A stretch of 37,239 nt of DNA from Bacteroidota bacterium (GTDB lineage Bacteria > Bacteroidota > Ignavibacteria > UBA10030 > BY39): assembly GCA_018830765.1 (NCBI GenBank), contig JAHJRJ010000003.1, positions 1-37,239 on the forward strand, given 5' to 3'. Shown here one piece after another: positions 24,379 to 32,696 of this stretch. A model generated the notes under the pieces. That model made no database searches. It was not told the DNA's origin and saw only the letters and a list, made by a program, of their open reading frames with translations. Position 1 is the stretch's first letter; every line of letters starts with the position of its first letter. The position numbers were made by a program, and so were the translations under genes.

Positions 24379-26114
24379 ATCAGATTTCCTTTCAAATGAA
24401 ATATAATTTCCGAATATGCACCTTTATCTTTTTCAGTGCGATTTAATACAGGTCGTTTGTACTGATTTACGATCTTCATTCCAGATTGTTCGGCAATGGA
24501 TGGGTACAAATTCCATTTATCGTTTGCCACTAAAAATACGTTGTAGTCTTTGGCCAAAAATTTTTTACAATTATTTAATACTTCAGCGATGCTTTTTACA
24601 TAGCTTTCTTTTGCTTCTCTTCCCTGTCCTTTGGATAATGGACCGATCTCAAGTTCATCTTGCCGCTTAAAGCCAAACAGATCGTAGGCGTAGGCATGTT
24701 GCTCGTGGTAATCGATCAGTCCTACATACGGCGGACTCGAAAATATTCCATTGATATTTCTTTTTTTAACAAGAGACGCTAATTCAGGACTTTTCTTTTC
24801 AAGTTGTGCAACAATATCAATGGTTTTACTATTGCCTGTTAAACAATACTGGTAAGTCTGTGTTCGTAATTTCCCAAAATCAGCTAAACGTTTTGCGGTG
24901 TCTTTGGTATAGGTTTCCCACCACTTCAAAATGGAAAAGAGTGGCTTGCATATCTTTCCATGCTTTGCACAATAATAGGTCGTAGTTATTGGCTCAAGCA
25001 ATGTCGCCAAATCTGCATGAGTTGTTGAACGGCACGAACGAATGGTCCGGCTTAAAATGATGCTGACGATTTTCTTCGTTTCAATATTTTTGATCTTTTT
25101 GATCTCAGCGAACACGAATTCAATTTCGTTACGAATATGCTGGGAGTACCATTTATCCAAAAAGGTTTTTTCGCTGTCCTGCCGAAGTTTAATATTGTAA
25201 TCTTTTATGAGCTTTTGGTAAATTGGTAAAAACACTCTCGCTTTCTCCGGTCCGTAAGACTCTTCGTCTACTTCATCTCTTTGAACTTTGTACTTGTATT
25301 CCGGCACAGGAAAATATTCGTTGTTAAACTTATATAATTCTTGCAATAATTTATTCTCAAACTCGACAGTGTGTGAGTTGGTGAGAAAAGCTTTCAAGGC
25401 TTGAGTAATTCTACTGATTTCTTTCTGCACATTGGCTAAATCGAATCTTGTTACTTTACAATTACTTATCAGTGCATTGAAGGCGGATACATCAATACCA
25501 ACAGCGTGCATTCCCAATTCATTTGCCTGTACAAGCGTCGTTCCGCTTCCGCAAAACGGATCGAGAACAACATCGTTCTTATGAAAATATACTTCCTTCT
25601 TAAATGTATCGGTGTGGCTGTCGAGGAAGTATTCTACAAGCTGTGGAATGAATTTACCTTTGTATGGATGCAGACGATGAACATGCTTGGTGGTCTCCGC
25701 TTCCTTGAATTGATCGAATGAGAGTGCCCAATTTAAATCCTCTCCAAGCTGACCCTTCCAAGAAACTTCCCTATGACCGTTGAATGATTTGTAGTATTCA
25801 ATCAATTCTTTTTTTGAAATCTGCACATTTCCATTATTCCCAATTTTACGGATACGACCGTATTGAATCAAGTAAGAAATGTTAGATTGGGTTACATTTT
25901 TACCTAAATATCCAGAAGCCCATTCAGCGGCATCTTTTATGTTGAAAAAAATATCGTTTTTATCACGACCAACCGATTCAAGCGGAGGTTTAAGTTGAGA
26001 ATTTGATCTGCTAATACCGAAGGCGGGTTGCTGTTCGGCTACCCTTAATTTAGAAGGAGAAACTGTTCTTTCTTTTCTTACGGGCTTTTTCTTCTTTTGA
26101 TTTATTTTTGGCAT
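24375..26114 (-). CDS. DNA methyltransferase, N4-cytosine/N6-adenine class, alpha motif order, with N-terminal basic/HTH-like extension
   Basis: SAM motif I VLDPFCGSGTT (aa 183-193) preceded by HRLHPYKGKFIPQLV. Catalytic motif IV SSPPY (aa 459-463) follows a gap of about 265 aa that is a putative target-recognition region. Confidence 0.88.
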   Translation of the reverse strand: MPKINQKKKKPVRKERTVSPSKLRVAEQQPAFGISRSNSQLKPPLESVGRDKNDIFFNIKDAAEWASGYLGKNVTQSNISYLIQYGRIRKIGNNGNVQISKKELIEYYKSFNGHREVSWKGQLGEDLNWALSFDQFKEAETTKHVHRLHPYKGKFIPQLVEYFLDSHTDTFKKEVYFHKNDVVLDPFCGSGTTLVQANELGMHAVGIDVSAFNALISNCKVTRFDLANVQKEISRITQALKAFLTNSHTVEFENKLLQELYKFNNEYFPVPEYKYKVQRDEVDEESYGPEKARVFLPIYQKLIKDYNIKLRQDSEKTFLDKWYSQHIRNEIEFVFAEIKKIKNIETKKIVSIILSRTIRSCRSTTHADLATLLEPITTTYYCAKHGKICKPLFSILKWWETYTKDTAKRLADFGKLRTQTYQYCLTGNSKTIDIVAQLEKKSPELASLVKKRNINGIFSSPPYVGLIDYHEQHAYAYDLFGFKRQDELEIGPLSKGQGREAKESYVKSIAEVLNNCKKFLAKDYNVFLVANDKWNLYPSIAEQSGMKIVNQYKRPVLNRTEKDKGAYSEIIFHLKGNLI

Positions 26115-26316
26115 TAATATTAAGTATCTATCTATTACGAAATTTTGTTACGTGCAATCAGTTCCACTGCGGAAGTTAATTCCATATTTATTAAAACTTA
26201 CAAAAAATTAAGGAGAATGACAATTGAATTCCATCATTTTCTTTTCTATATTTATAAAGGCGTGTTCACAATTTGCCGTGGAGACGCCTTTAAAGTTAAT
26301 ATAAACAACGGAATAA

Positions 26317-27543
26317 ATGAGATTTAAAATGGATATAATTACTATCATAAAAAAAGAATTAAAAAGATTAGAAGAATCAAATACTTGCAAACACGAAACG
26401 CCGCTTCAAAGTCCGCAGGGAGGTGTGGTTAAAGTTAAAGGTAAAGACGTGGTTATGCTGGCATCAAATAATTATCTCGGCTTATCCGACCATCCTGCAA
26501 TTAAAAAAGCAGCCATCGAGGGGATTAAAAAATACGGGTACGGTATTGCTTCAGTCAGGTTTATCTGCGGAACACAGGATATCCACTTGCAGCTTGAAAA
26601 TAAAATCTCAAAGTTTGTCGGTACTGAAGACACAATTTTATTCTCGTCATGTTTTGCTGCCAACGAAGGATTCTTTGCCTCGCTGACAAATGAAAAGCTC
26701 GGTTTTGAGAATTACAAAGATGTTCTTTACAGTGATAAATTAAACCATGCCAGTATCATCGATGGACAAAGGTTGTGCAAGTCTGAAACCACCGACAAAA
26801 AAATTTACAACCACGCCGATATGACTGAACTCGAAAGATTGTTGGAGGAAGATAAGAACAAAGACTACCGGTTCAAGATGATAGTCACCGATGGTGTTTT
26901 TAGTATGGAAGGCAATTTGGCTCCACTCGATAAAATCGTTGAGTTGGGCAAGAAATATAACACGCTGGTTTTTGTGGACGATTCGCACGCAATCGGAGTT
27001 TCCGGCAAAACAGGACGCGGTACACCTGAGGCAAAAGGTGTCTTCGGTAAGATAGATGTTTTAACCGGAACACTCGGTAAAGCGATGGGCGGGGCTGCCG
27101 GCGGATACATAAGCGGTAAAAAGGAATTGATAACATATCTCCGTCAAAAATCACGTCCATATACATTCTCGAATTCTTTGCCACCCGCGATAATTTATGG
27201 CGCAATGGCTGCATTCGATTTGCTGACTAAGGATCATTCGATTGTTCAGCATTTACACGACAACACAAAATATTTTAGAAAAGAAATAAAAGCTCTCGGA
27301 TTTACTATACTTGAAGGTGACCACCCAATCGTTCCGATTATGTTAGGCGAGGCATCGGTTGCACAGGATATGAGTGCTGCATTACTCAAAGCGGGAGTTT
27401 ATATAAAAGGTTTGTGGTTCCCGGTAGTCCCGAAAGGCGAAGCCCGTCTGCGCACGCAAATCTCAGCCGCTTTGACGAAGAAGGATATTGACCACGCTTT
27501 GGATGCGTTTGAGAAAGTGGGAAAGAGAATGAAGGTGATATAG
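26317..27543 (+). CDS. kbl: 2-amino-3-ketobutyrate CoA ligase (glycine C-acetyltransferase), paralogue 2
   Basis: [66 protein letters not shown]. The start could be ATG 26317 or 26329. Confidence 0.88.
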   Translation: MRFKMDIITIIKKELKRLEESNTCKHETPLQSPQGGVVKVKGKDVVMLASNNYLGLSDHPAIKKAAIEGIKKYGYGIASVRFICGTQDIHLQLENKISKFVGTEDTILFSSCFAANEGFFASLTNEKLGFENYKDVLYSDKLNHASIIDGQRLCKSETTDKKIYNHADMTELERLLEEDKNKDYRFKMIVTDGVFSMEGNLAPLDKIVELGKKYNTLVFVDDSHAIGVSGKTGRGTPEAKGVFGKIDVLTGTLGKAMGGAAGGYISGKKELITYLRQKSRPYTFSNSLPPAIIYGAMAAFDLLTKDHSIVQHLHDNTKYFRKEIKALGFTILEGDHPIVPIMLGEASVAQDMSAALLKAGVYIKGLWFPVVPKGEARLRTQISAALTKKDIDHALDAFEKVGKRMKVI

Positions 27544-27761
27544 TAGCACGAACTTTAATTCGTTCTCAGTACGAGTTAAAGCTCGCGCTACAATGTAGCT
27601 CGAACTTTAGTTCGTTCATTGTTACGAGCTGAAGCTCGCGCTACAATGTAGCACGAACTTTAGTTCGTGTTTTTACGAGCTAAAGCTCGCGCTACGGTTC
27701 GTTTTTGGCGAGCTGAAGCTCGCGCTACAGTTCGTATTTTACGAGCTAAAGCTCGCACTAC
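27543..27761. repeat. Tandem array of interlocking palindromes (3 full units of 52-53 bp plus 2 partial units of 33 bp)
   Basis: Unit is GTAGCACGAAC-TTTA-GTTCGT..TACGAGCT-RAA-GCTCGCGCTAC-AAT. Full units start at 27543, 27595 and 27648; partial units at 27696 and 27729. The array begins at the kbl stop codon. Confidence 0.85.
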
Positions 27762-27773
27762 AAATCAAATTCC

Positions 27774-27802
27774 TTGACTTTCACACCCATTCTACTTATA
27801 TT
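27774..27802 (+). promoter_or_regulatory. Candidate sigma-70 promoter for efp-accBC
   Basis: TTGACT (27774-27779), 17-nt spacer, TATATT (27797-27802). Confidence 0.5.
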
Positions 27803-27860
27803 TTGCACGTAATTTTAGTATTTTTTAACATTATTTATTGATTTGGAGTTATTTTTTCCT

Positions 27861-28427
27861 ATGCCAAGTACTTCTGATTTTAGAAACGGTTTAACTATAA
27901 AGATGGATGGCGATTTATGGACTATCGTCGAGTTTCAACACGTCAATCCCGGTAACTGGCGGGCTTTCGTCCGCGCGAAACTTAAAAATTTAAAGAGTGG
28001 TAAAGTTATCGAAACACGCTTCCGAGCAGGTGAATCAATTGAAACTGTTCGAATCGATAGGAAGCAATACCAATTCCTCTATCACGACGGTTCAGGTTAC
28101 ATTTGTATGGATTCAGAGACCTACGACCAGATCACCGTTGACGAAAAACACGTCGGTGATGGCGGGAAATTTTTAAAGGACAGCGAAAATATTGAAATCA
28201 TTTTCAACGGCAACGAAGTCATCGGAGTTGAACTGCCGATAACTGTCGAACTAAAAATCGTGGAGACTGGTCCCGGTATCAAAGGCGATACGGCAACCGG
28301 TGGTACAAAGCCAGCAAAGGTAGAATCCGGTGCTATTGTTAATGTTCCTCTCTTTCTGAATGAAGGCGATACCATAAAAGTCGACACCCGTACCGGTCAA
28401 TATTTAGAGCGCGTAAAAACTTCATAA
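27861..28427 (+). CDS. efp: Elongation factor P
   Basis: MPSTSDFRNGL start and the KPGKG-equivalent loop region VNPGNWRAFVRAKLKNLKSGK. The track start at 27843 (TTG) looks like a spurious 6-codon extension. Confidence 0.93.
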   Translation: MPSTSDFRNGLTIKMDGDLWTIVEFQHVNPGNWRAFVRAKLKNLKSGKVIETRFRAGESIETVRIDRKQYQFLYHDGSGYICMDSETYDQITVDEKHVGDGGKFLKDSENIEIIFNGNEVIGVELPITVELKIVETGPGIKGDTATGGTKPAKVESGAIVNVPLFLNEGDTIKVDTRTGQYLERVKTS

Positions 28428-28448
28428 AACTTTATTATTGGAGGGTTA

Positions 28449-28919
28449 ATGGATCTCAATTATCTAAAAAAAATAACAAAAATTTTTACCGAAAGTGGTG
28501 TTGATGAAATTGAAATTGAGGAAGAAGGTCTAAAACTTCGCATAGCTAAAAATAAATCCAATTCTGTTGCTAATCTTCCCGTTCCACAGCAAGTAATCCA
28601 AACTATTCCTACTCCACAAGTTGAGCACAAACCTGTAGAGATAAAACAAGAAGTTAAACCTGCAGCCCCGCAAGTTATACTGCACGAGGTAAAATCGCCG
28701 ATTGTCGGAACATTCTACCGAGCACCCTCACCGGACGCTGATTCTTATGTTGAGGTCGGCCAGACGATTCAAAAAGGAACAGCCCTGTGTATTATTGAAG
28801 CTATGAAATTGATGAACGAAATCGAATCGGACGTATCCGGACGGATTGTAAAGATAATTGCGGAAAACGCTCAAGCTGTCGAATATAATCAAGTTTTATT
28901 TTTAATCGAACCGACATAA
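28449..28919 (+). CDS. accB: Acetyl-CoA carboxylase biotin carboxyl carrier protein
   Basis: Pro/Ala-rich linker and biotinyl-lysine motif [20 protein letters not shown]. Confidence 0.93.
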   Translation: MDLNYLKKITKIFTESGVDEIEIEEEGLKLRIAKNKSNSVANLPVPQQVIQTIPTPQVEHKPVEIKQEVKPAAPQVILHEVKSPIVGTFYRAPSPDADSYVEVGQTIQKGTALCIIEAMKLMNEIESDVSGRIVKIIAENAQAVEYNQVLFLIEPT

Positions 28920-30259
28920 TGTTTAAAAAAATTTTAATTGCAAACCGCGGAGAAATAGCCCTACGGGTTATACGCGTCTGTCGAGAATTAGGAATTAAAA
29001 CAGTTGCAGTTTATTCAGAAGCTGACAGGGATTCGTTACACGTTCGGTTTGCCGATGAAGCAATCTGCATAGGACCTCCATCCAGCCGAGAAAGTTACCT
29101 GAACATTCCGCGCATAATTGCAGCCGCCGAAGTTACAGCCGCCGAGGCAGTTCACCCCGGTTACGGCTTTTTAGCCGAAAATGCTAACTTTGCAGAAATT
29201 TGTACGTCGTCTGGCTTGAAGTTCATTGGACCTTCCGTCGAATCAATCAACTCGATGGGCGACAAAGCTTATGCAAAAGATACGATGAGAAGAGCCGAAG
29301 TTCCTGTAATTCCGGGAAGCGATGGAGTCGTTACTGATCTAAAACTTGCAGTCGATATAGCTTACGGCGTTGGTTTCCCCGTAATTCTCAAAGCGGTTGC
29401 AGGTGGCGGTGGAAAAGGAATGCGTATAGTTCGTGCAGCCGACGAGCTTGAGAAAAATTTTGTAATGGCAAGTAACGAAGCCGAAGCAGCTTTCGGGAAT
29501 CCCGGAATATATATCGAAAAATATCTTGAAAATCCTCACCACATCGAGTTTCAGGTATTCGGAGATCAGTACGGTAATGTTATTCATTTAAACGAAAGAG
29601 ATTGTTCAATTCAACGAAGGCACCAAAAATTGGTGGAAGAATCTCCGTCGCCGTTTATCAGTAGCGCTTTGCGGGAAATGATGGGCGCAGCAGCAGTAAA
29701 AGGGGCAAGAAGTGTAAACTACGAAAGTGCCGGAACTATGGAGTTTCTCGTCGATAAATACCATAATTTTTACTTTATGGAGATGAATACTCGAATCCAG
29801 GTGGAACATCCCGTAACTGAAGAAGTAACCGGTCTCGATTTGATTAAAATGCAAATTGAAGTTGCTGCCGGCAAAAAGCTGAATAAAAAGTCGCACAAAC
29901 CGAGTGGACACGCCATAGAGTGTCGTATCAACGCTGAAGACCCAGCAAATAATTTCAGACCATCACCTGGTGAGATCAAAAGTTTCCACCTACCGGGTGG
30001 CTTCGGTGTTCGCGTAGATACACATTGTTATGCCGGTTACAGGGTACCCCCGAATTATGATTCGCTCATAGCAAAATTGGTAACGTTTGCACCAACCAGA
30101 GAAGAAGCTATAGATAAAATGGCAAGCGCTTTGGAGGAATTTACAGTCGAAGGAATACATACAACTATTCCGTTTCATCAAAAAGTGATGAAGAACGACC
30201 TGTACAGAGCCGGGACTTTCGATACAAGTTTTATAGAGTATTCAAACATTTTAATCTGA
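28919..30259 (+). CDS. accC: Acetyl-CoA carboxylase biotin carboxylase subunit
   Basis: [19 protein letters not shown]-grasp [22 protein letters not shown]. The ATG overlaps the accB stop (TAATG). Confidence 0.95.
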   Translation: MFKKILIANRGEIALRVIRVCRELGIKTVAVYSEADRDSLHVRFADEAICIGPPSSRESYLNIPRIIAAAEVTAAEAVHPGYGFLAENANFAEICTSSGLKFIGPSVESINSMGDKAYAKDTMRRAEVPVIPGSDGVVTDLKLAVDIAYGVGFPVILKAVAGGGGKGMRIVRAADELEKNFVMASNEAEAAFGNPGIYIEKYLENPHHIEFQVFGDQYGNVIHLNERDCSIQRRHQKLVEESPSPFISSALREMMGAAAVKGARSVNYESAGTMEFLVDKYHNFYFMEMNTRIQVEHPVTEEVTGLDLIKMQIEVAAGKKLNKKSHKPSGHAIECRINAEDPANNFRPSPGEIKSFHLPGGFGVRVDTHCYAGYRVPPNYDSLIAKLVTFAPTREEAIDKMASALEEFTVEGIHTTIPFHQKVMKNDLYRAGTFDTSFIEYSNILI

Positions 30260-30280
30260 TAAAATTCAAAGGACATTGAA

Positions 30281-30661
30281 ATGGAATTTCCAGCAAAATT
30301 CAAGTACACAAAAGAACACGAATGGCTCTCTGTTGACGGAGAAATCGGAACGATAGGTATAACGGATTATGCACAAGGAGAGTTAGGAGATGTGGTTTTT
30401 ATCGTCCTTCCAGCAATCGGACTAAAGGTAAAAAGCGGTGAGAGGTTAGGAACAATCGAAGCTGTTAAAACTGTCTCCGAGTTATATGCACCCATCTCGG
30501 GTGTCGTTACAGAAATAAATACCAATCTTGAATCGGAACCGGAGCTACTAAATAAAGAACCTTACTCCGGAGGATGGATGGTAAAGATGAAGTTTGCCGA
30601 TAAATCGGAACTCGATAACTTACTCGATGCAGTAAACTATCGCAAGTTGATTGGCAAATAG
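30281..30661 (+). CDS. gcvH: Glycine cleavage system H protein
   Basis: YTKEHEWL, GITDYAQGELGDVVF, lipoyl-lysine context IEAVKTVSELYAP. Confidence 0.93.
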   Translation: MEFPAKFKYTKEHEWLSVDGEIGTIGITDYAQGELGDVVFIVLPAIGLKVKSGERLGTIEAVKTVSELYAPISGVVTEINTNLESEPELLNKEPYSGGWMVKMKFADKSELDNLLDAVNYRKLIGK

Positions 30662-30673
30662 TAATTATTAAAT

Positions 30674-30701
30674 CATCTAACATCTAACATCTAACATCGA
30701 A
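30674..30701. repeat. Heptanucleotide tandem repeat (CATCTAA x3 plus CATCGAA)
   Basis: CATCTAA CATCTAA CATCTAA CATCGAA, immediately upstream of the gcvPA ATG. Confidence 0.85.
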
Positions 30702-30702
30702 T

Positions 30703-32040
30703 ATGCCTTACATTCCAAACACAGATGCTGACCGCGAGGAAATGCTTCGCGCGATAGGAGTTACTTCCTTCGAAGAACTCTTGAAAATGATTCCTGAAGA
30801 AATCCGGTTACGTGACGGTATTAAAATACCTTCGAGATTGTCGGAATTCGAAGTAATAAAGGAATTAAAGAATTTAGAATCAATGAACACCCCGACGAGT
30901 AAAGTTATTTCGTTTTTAGGTGGAGGTTCATACGACCATTATGTGCCTTCGGCAATCGGCGCTATCACGAGCAGGTCTGAATTTTACACCGCCTACACTC
31001 CTTATCAAGCCGAAGTGAGTCAAGGCACACTTCAAGCAATTTATGAATACCAAACGATGGTTTGCGAGTTAACTGGTATGGACATCTCCAATGCCTCGAT
31101 GTACGATGGCGGCTCAGCTTTGGGTGAAGCAGCACTTTTAGCTGTAGGACACACTGGGCGGGATGAAATCATAATCGCAGGCAAAATTCATCCGCATTAT
31201 ATGCAGATTATCAGAACTTATTGCGAGGGGCAAGACATCATTATAAATGAGGTTTTATCCAGCAGGGGTTCAGTTTTACCGGAGAAATTAAAAACAGTAG
31301 TGACTGAAAAAACAGCAGCGGTTATTGTTCAGCAACCGAATTTTTATGGATGTTTAGAAGACGTAGATGAAATTGGCACGATTGCACACGAAGCGGGAGG
31401 TTTGTATATAGTTTCGGTCGACCCGATTTCGCTCGGGCTGTTGGCTCCACCCGGTAGCTACGGAGCTGACATTGTTGTAGGTGAAGGACAAGTTTTCGGT
31501 AATGCACAAAACTTCGGCGGTCCGTACTTAGGTATATTTGCCGCAAAGGATTTCTTACTCAGAAAAATTCCCGGACGTATCTCCGGTATCACTGTAGACG
31601 CAGACGGGCAAAGAGGGTTTGTTTTGACAGTTCAAACACGTGAGCAGCACATCAGACGCGATAAAGCCACGTCCAATATTTGTACTAACCAAGCGTTGGT
31701 GATGCTGGCAGCTACTGTTTATCTTTCTCTTTTGGGAAAAAAGGGTATTCAGGAAGTCGCTGATCAATGCCTGCAAAAAGCTCACTACTTATCCGATGCT
31801 ATCACTGCAATTGCAGGTTTTCGTTTGAAATTCAACCGACCATTCTTTAAAGAATTTGTAGTCGAAACTCCGGTACCACCTTTACAAATTATCAATCAAT
31901 TAACAAACAAAGGGATTTTAAGCGGAATTGACGTCAAAGAAATTGACGGCAAAGAAAACGGACTTTTGATAGCGGTGACAGAGAAGCGGACAAAATCAGA
32001 AATGGATAGATACGTGAGCGAGTTGGCAAAATTCGTTTGA
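30703..32040 (+). CDS. gcvPA: Glycine dehydrogenase (decarboxylating) subunit 1
   Basis: MPYIPNTD...MLRAIGV start and YTPYQAEVSQGTLQAIYEYQTMVCELTGM; 445 aa, typical of the split P-protein alpha subunit. Confidence 0.93.
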   Translation: MPYIPNTDADREEMLRAIGVTSFEELLKMIPEEIRLRDGIKIPSRLSEFEVIKELKNLESMNTPTSKVISFLGGGSYDHYVPSAIGAITSRSEFYTAYTPYQAEVSQGTLQAIYEYQTMVCELTGMDISNASMYDGGSALGEAALLAVGHTGRDEIIIAGKIHPHYMQIIRTYCEGQDIIINEVLSSRGSVLPEKLKTVVTEKTAAVIVQQPNFYGCLEDVDEIGTIAHEAGGLYIVSVDPISLGLLAPPGSYGADIVVGEGQVFGNAQNFGGPYLGIFAAKDFLLRKIPGRISGITVDADGQRGFVLTVQTREQHIRRDKATSNICTNQALVMLAATVYLSLLGKKGIQEVADQCLQKAHYLSDAITAIAGFRLKFNRPFFKEFVVETPVPPLQIINQLTNKGILSGIDVKEIDGKENGLLIAVTEKRTKSEMDRYVSELAKFV

Positions 32041-32050
32041 CAAATCTGTG

Positions 32051-32584
32051 TTAAAAGAATTTTTTCTTTAAAATTTCAACACACGCATTCGGGGAAGTAA
32101 CCACAGTTACAAACTTAGTGCAATTTTCCAATCCTTCCCAAGTAAGCTCGTCATTCAAAGTTTTTATCACAGGAAGCCAAAAATTTCCCAAAACTATTAT
32201 CGGTTTTTCAGTCATAATGCCTTTATTGATATACTCCCAAACGATTGCTAATTCTGCCAGGGTACCGGTGGCGCCTTTTAGAACAATGTAGGCATCTCCG
32301 ATTTCCACTAACTTTTCCAGCCGTGACAATAATGTTTTTTCTAAAATTGTTTGGTCGATGTATCGGTTTGGGAAGCGGCTGAATATTTCTGTAATTATGC
32401 CTATTGTTCTACCGCCAGCGCTTTTTGCTCCGCGCGCTGTTGCTTCCATTATTCCCCCGTAACCGCCGTTACAAATAGTAAATCCAGCTTTGCCTAATAA
32501 TTTACCAAGCTCATACGCGTTCTGATAGTCATTGCTATCTTTGGATACTCTGGAGCTTCCAAATATGGTCACGGTTTTGGTCAT
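32051..32584 (-). CDS. LOG/TIGR00725-family Rossmann-fold protein (lysine-decarboxylase-like)
   Basis: GGYGGIMEA and the PGGxGTxxE-type motif KGATGTLAEL; 177 aa. Confidence 0.75.
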   Translation of the reverse strand: MTKTVTIFGSSRVSKDSNDYQNAYELGKLLGKAGFTICNGGYGGIMEATARGAKSAGGRTIGIITEIFSRFPNRYIDQTILEKTLLSRLEKLVEIGDAYIVLKGATGTLAELAIVWEYINKGIMTEKPIIVLGNFWLPVIKTLNDELTWEGLENCTKFVTVVTSPNACVEILKKKFF

Positions 32585-32620
32585 TTGTAATTTGTATTGC
32601 TAAATCGTAAATCCAAAATC

Positions 32621-32657
32621 CCCGCCCGTCCCGAATGTTCGGGACAGTCGGGGCGGG
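32621..32657 (-). terminator. GC-rich nested hairpin (probable terminator of the TonB-dependent receptor gene)
   Basis: CCCGCCC-GTCCCGAA-TG-TTCGGGAC-AGTCG-GGGCGGG. It is flanked by heptad tracts and is an isolated GC-rich island in AT-rich spacer. Confidence 0.6.
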
Positions 32658-32685
32658 TAAAATCTAAAATCTAAAATCTAAAATT
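32658..32685. repeat. Heptanucleotide tandem repeat (TAAAATC x3 plus TAAAATT)
   Basis: TAAAATC TAAAATC TAAAATC TAAAATT. A related degenerate tract (TTGTAAT TTGTATT GCTAAAT CGTAAAT CCAAAAT) lies at 32585-32619. Confidence 0.85.
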
Positions 32686-32696
32686 TAATATCTTTC

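Noticed and set aside
26145-26390. Two 60-aa ORFs (26145-26327 plus strand, 26208-26390 minus strand) in the M/kbl divergent spacer
   Set aside because: AT-rich spacer, no SD, the two ORFs overlap each other, and composition is low complexity. This is most likely promoter DNA.
27543-27761. Possible CRISPR array (regularly spaced repeats)
   Set aside because: The sequences between the repeats are themselves repeated. The period changes from 52-53 bp to 33 bp. The repeats are simple palindromes and no cas genes are in the window.
27843-27860. TTG-initiated 6-codon extension of efp
   Set aside because: EF-P proteins start at about M-x-S-T-x-DF. ATG 27861 fits this, and the candidate promoter lies upstream of both starts.
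30260-30280. Glycine riboswitch upstream of gcvH or gcvPA
   Set aside because: The spacers are only 21 nt and 41 nt. That is far too short, and the second is a simple heptamer repeat.
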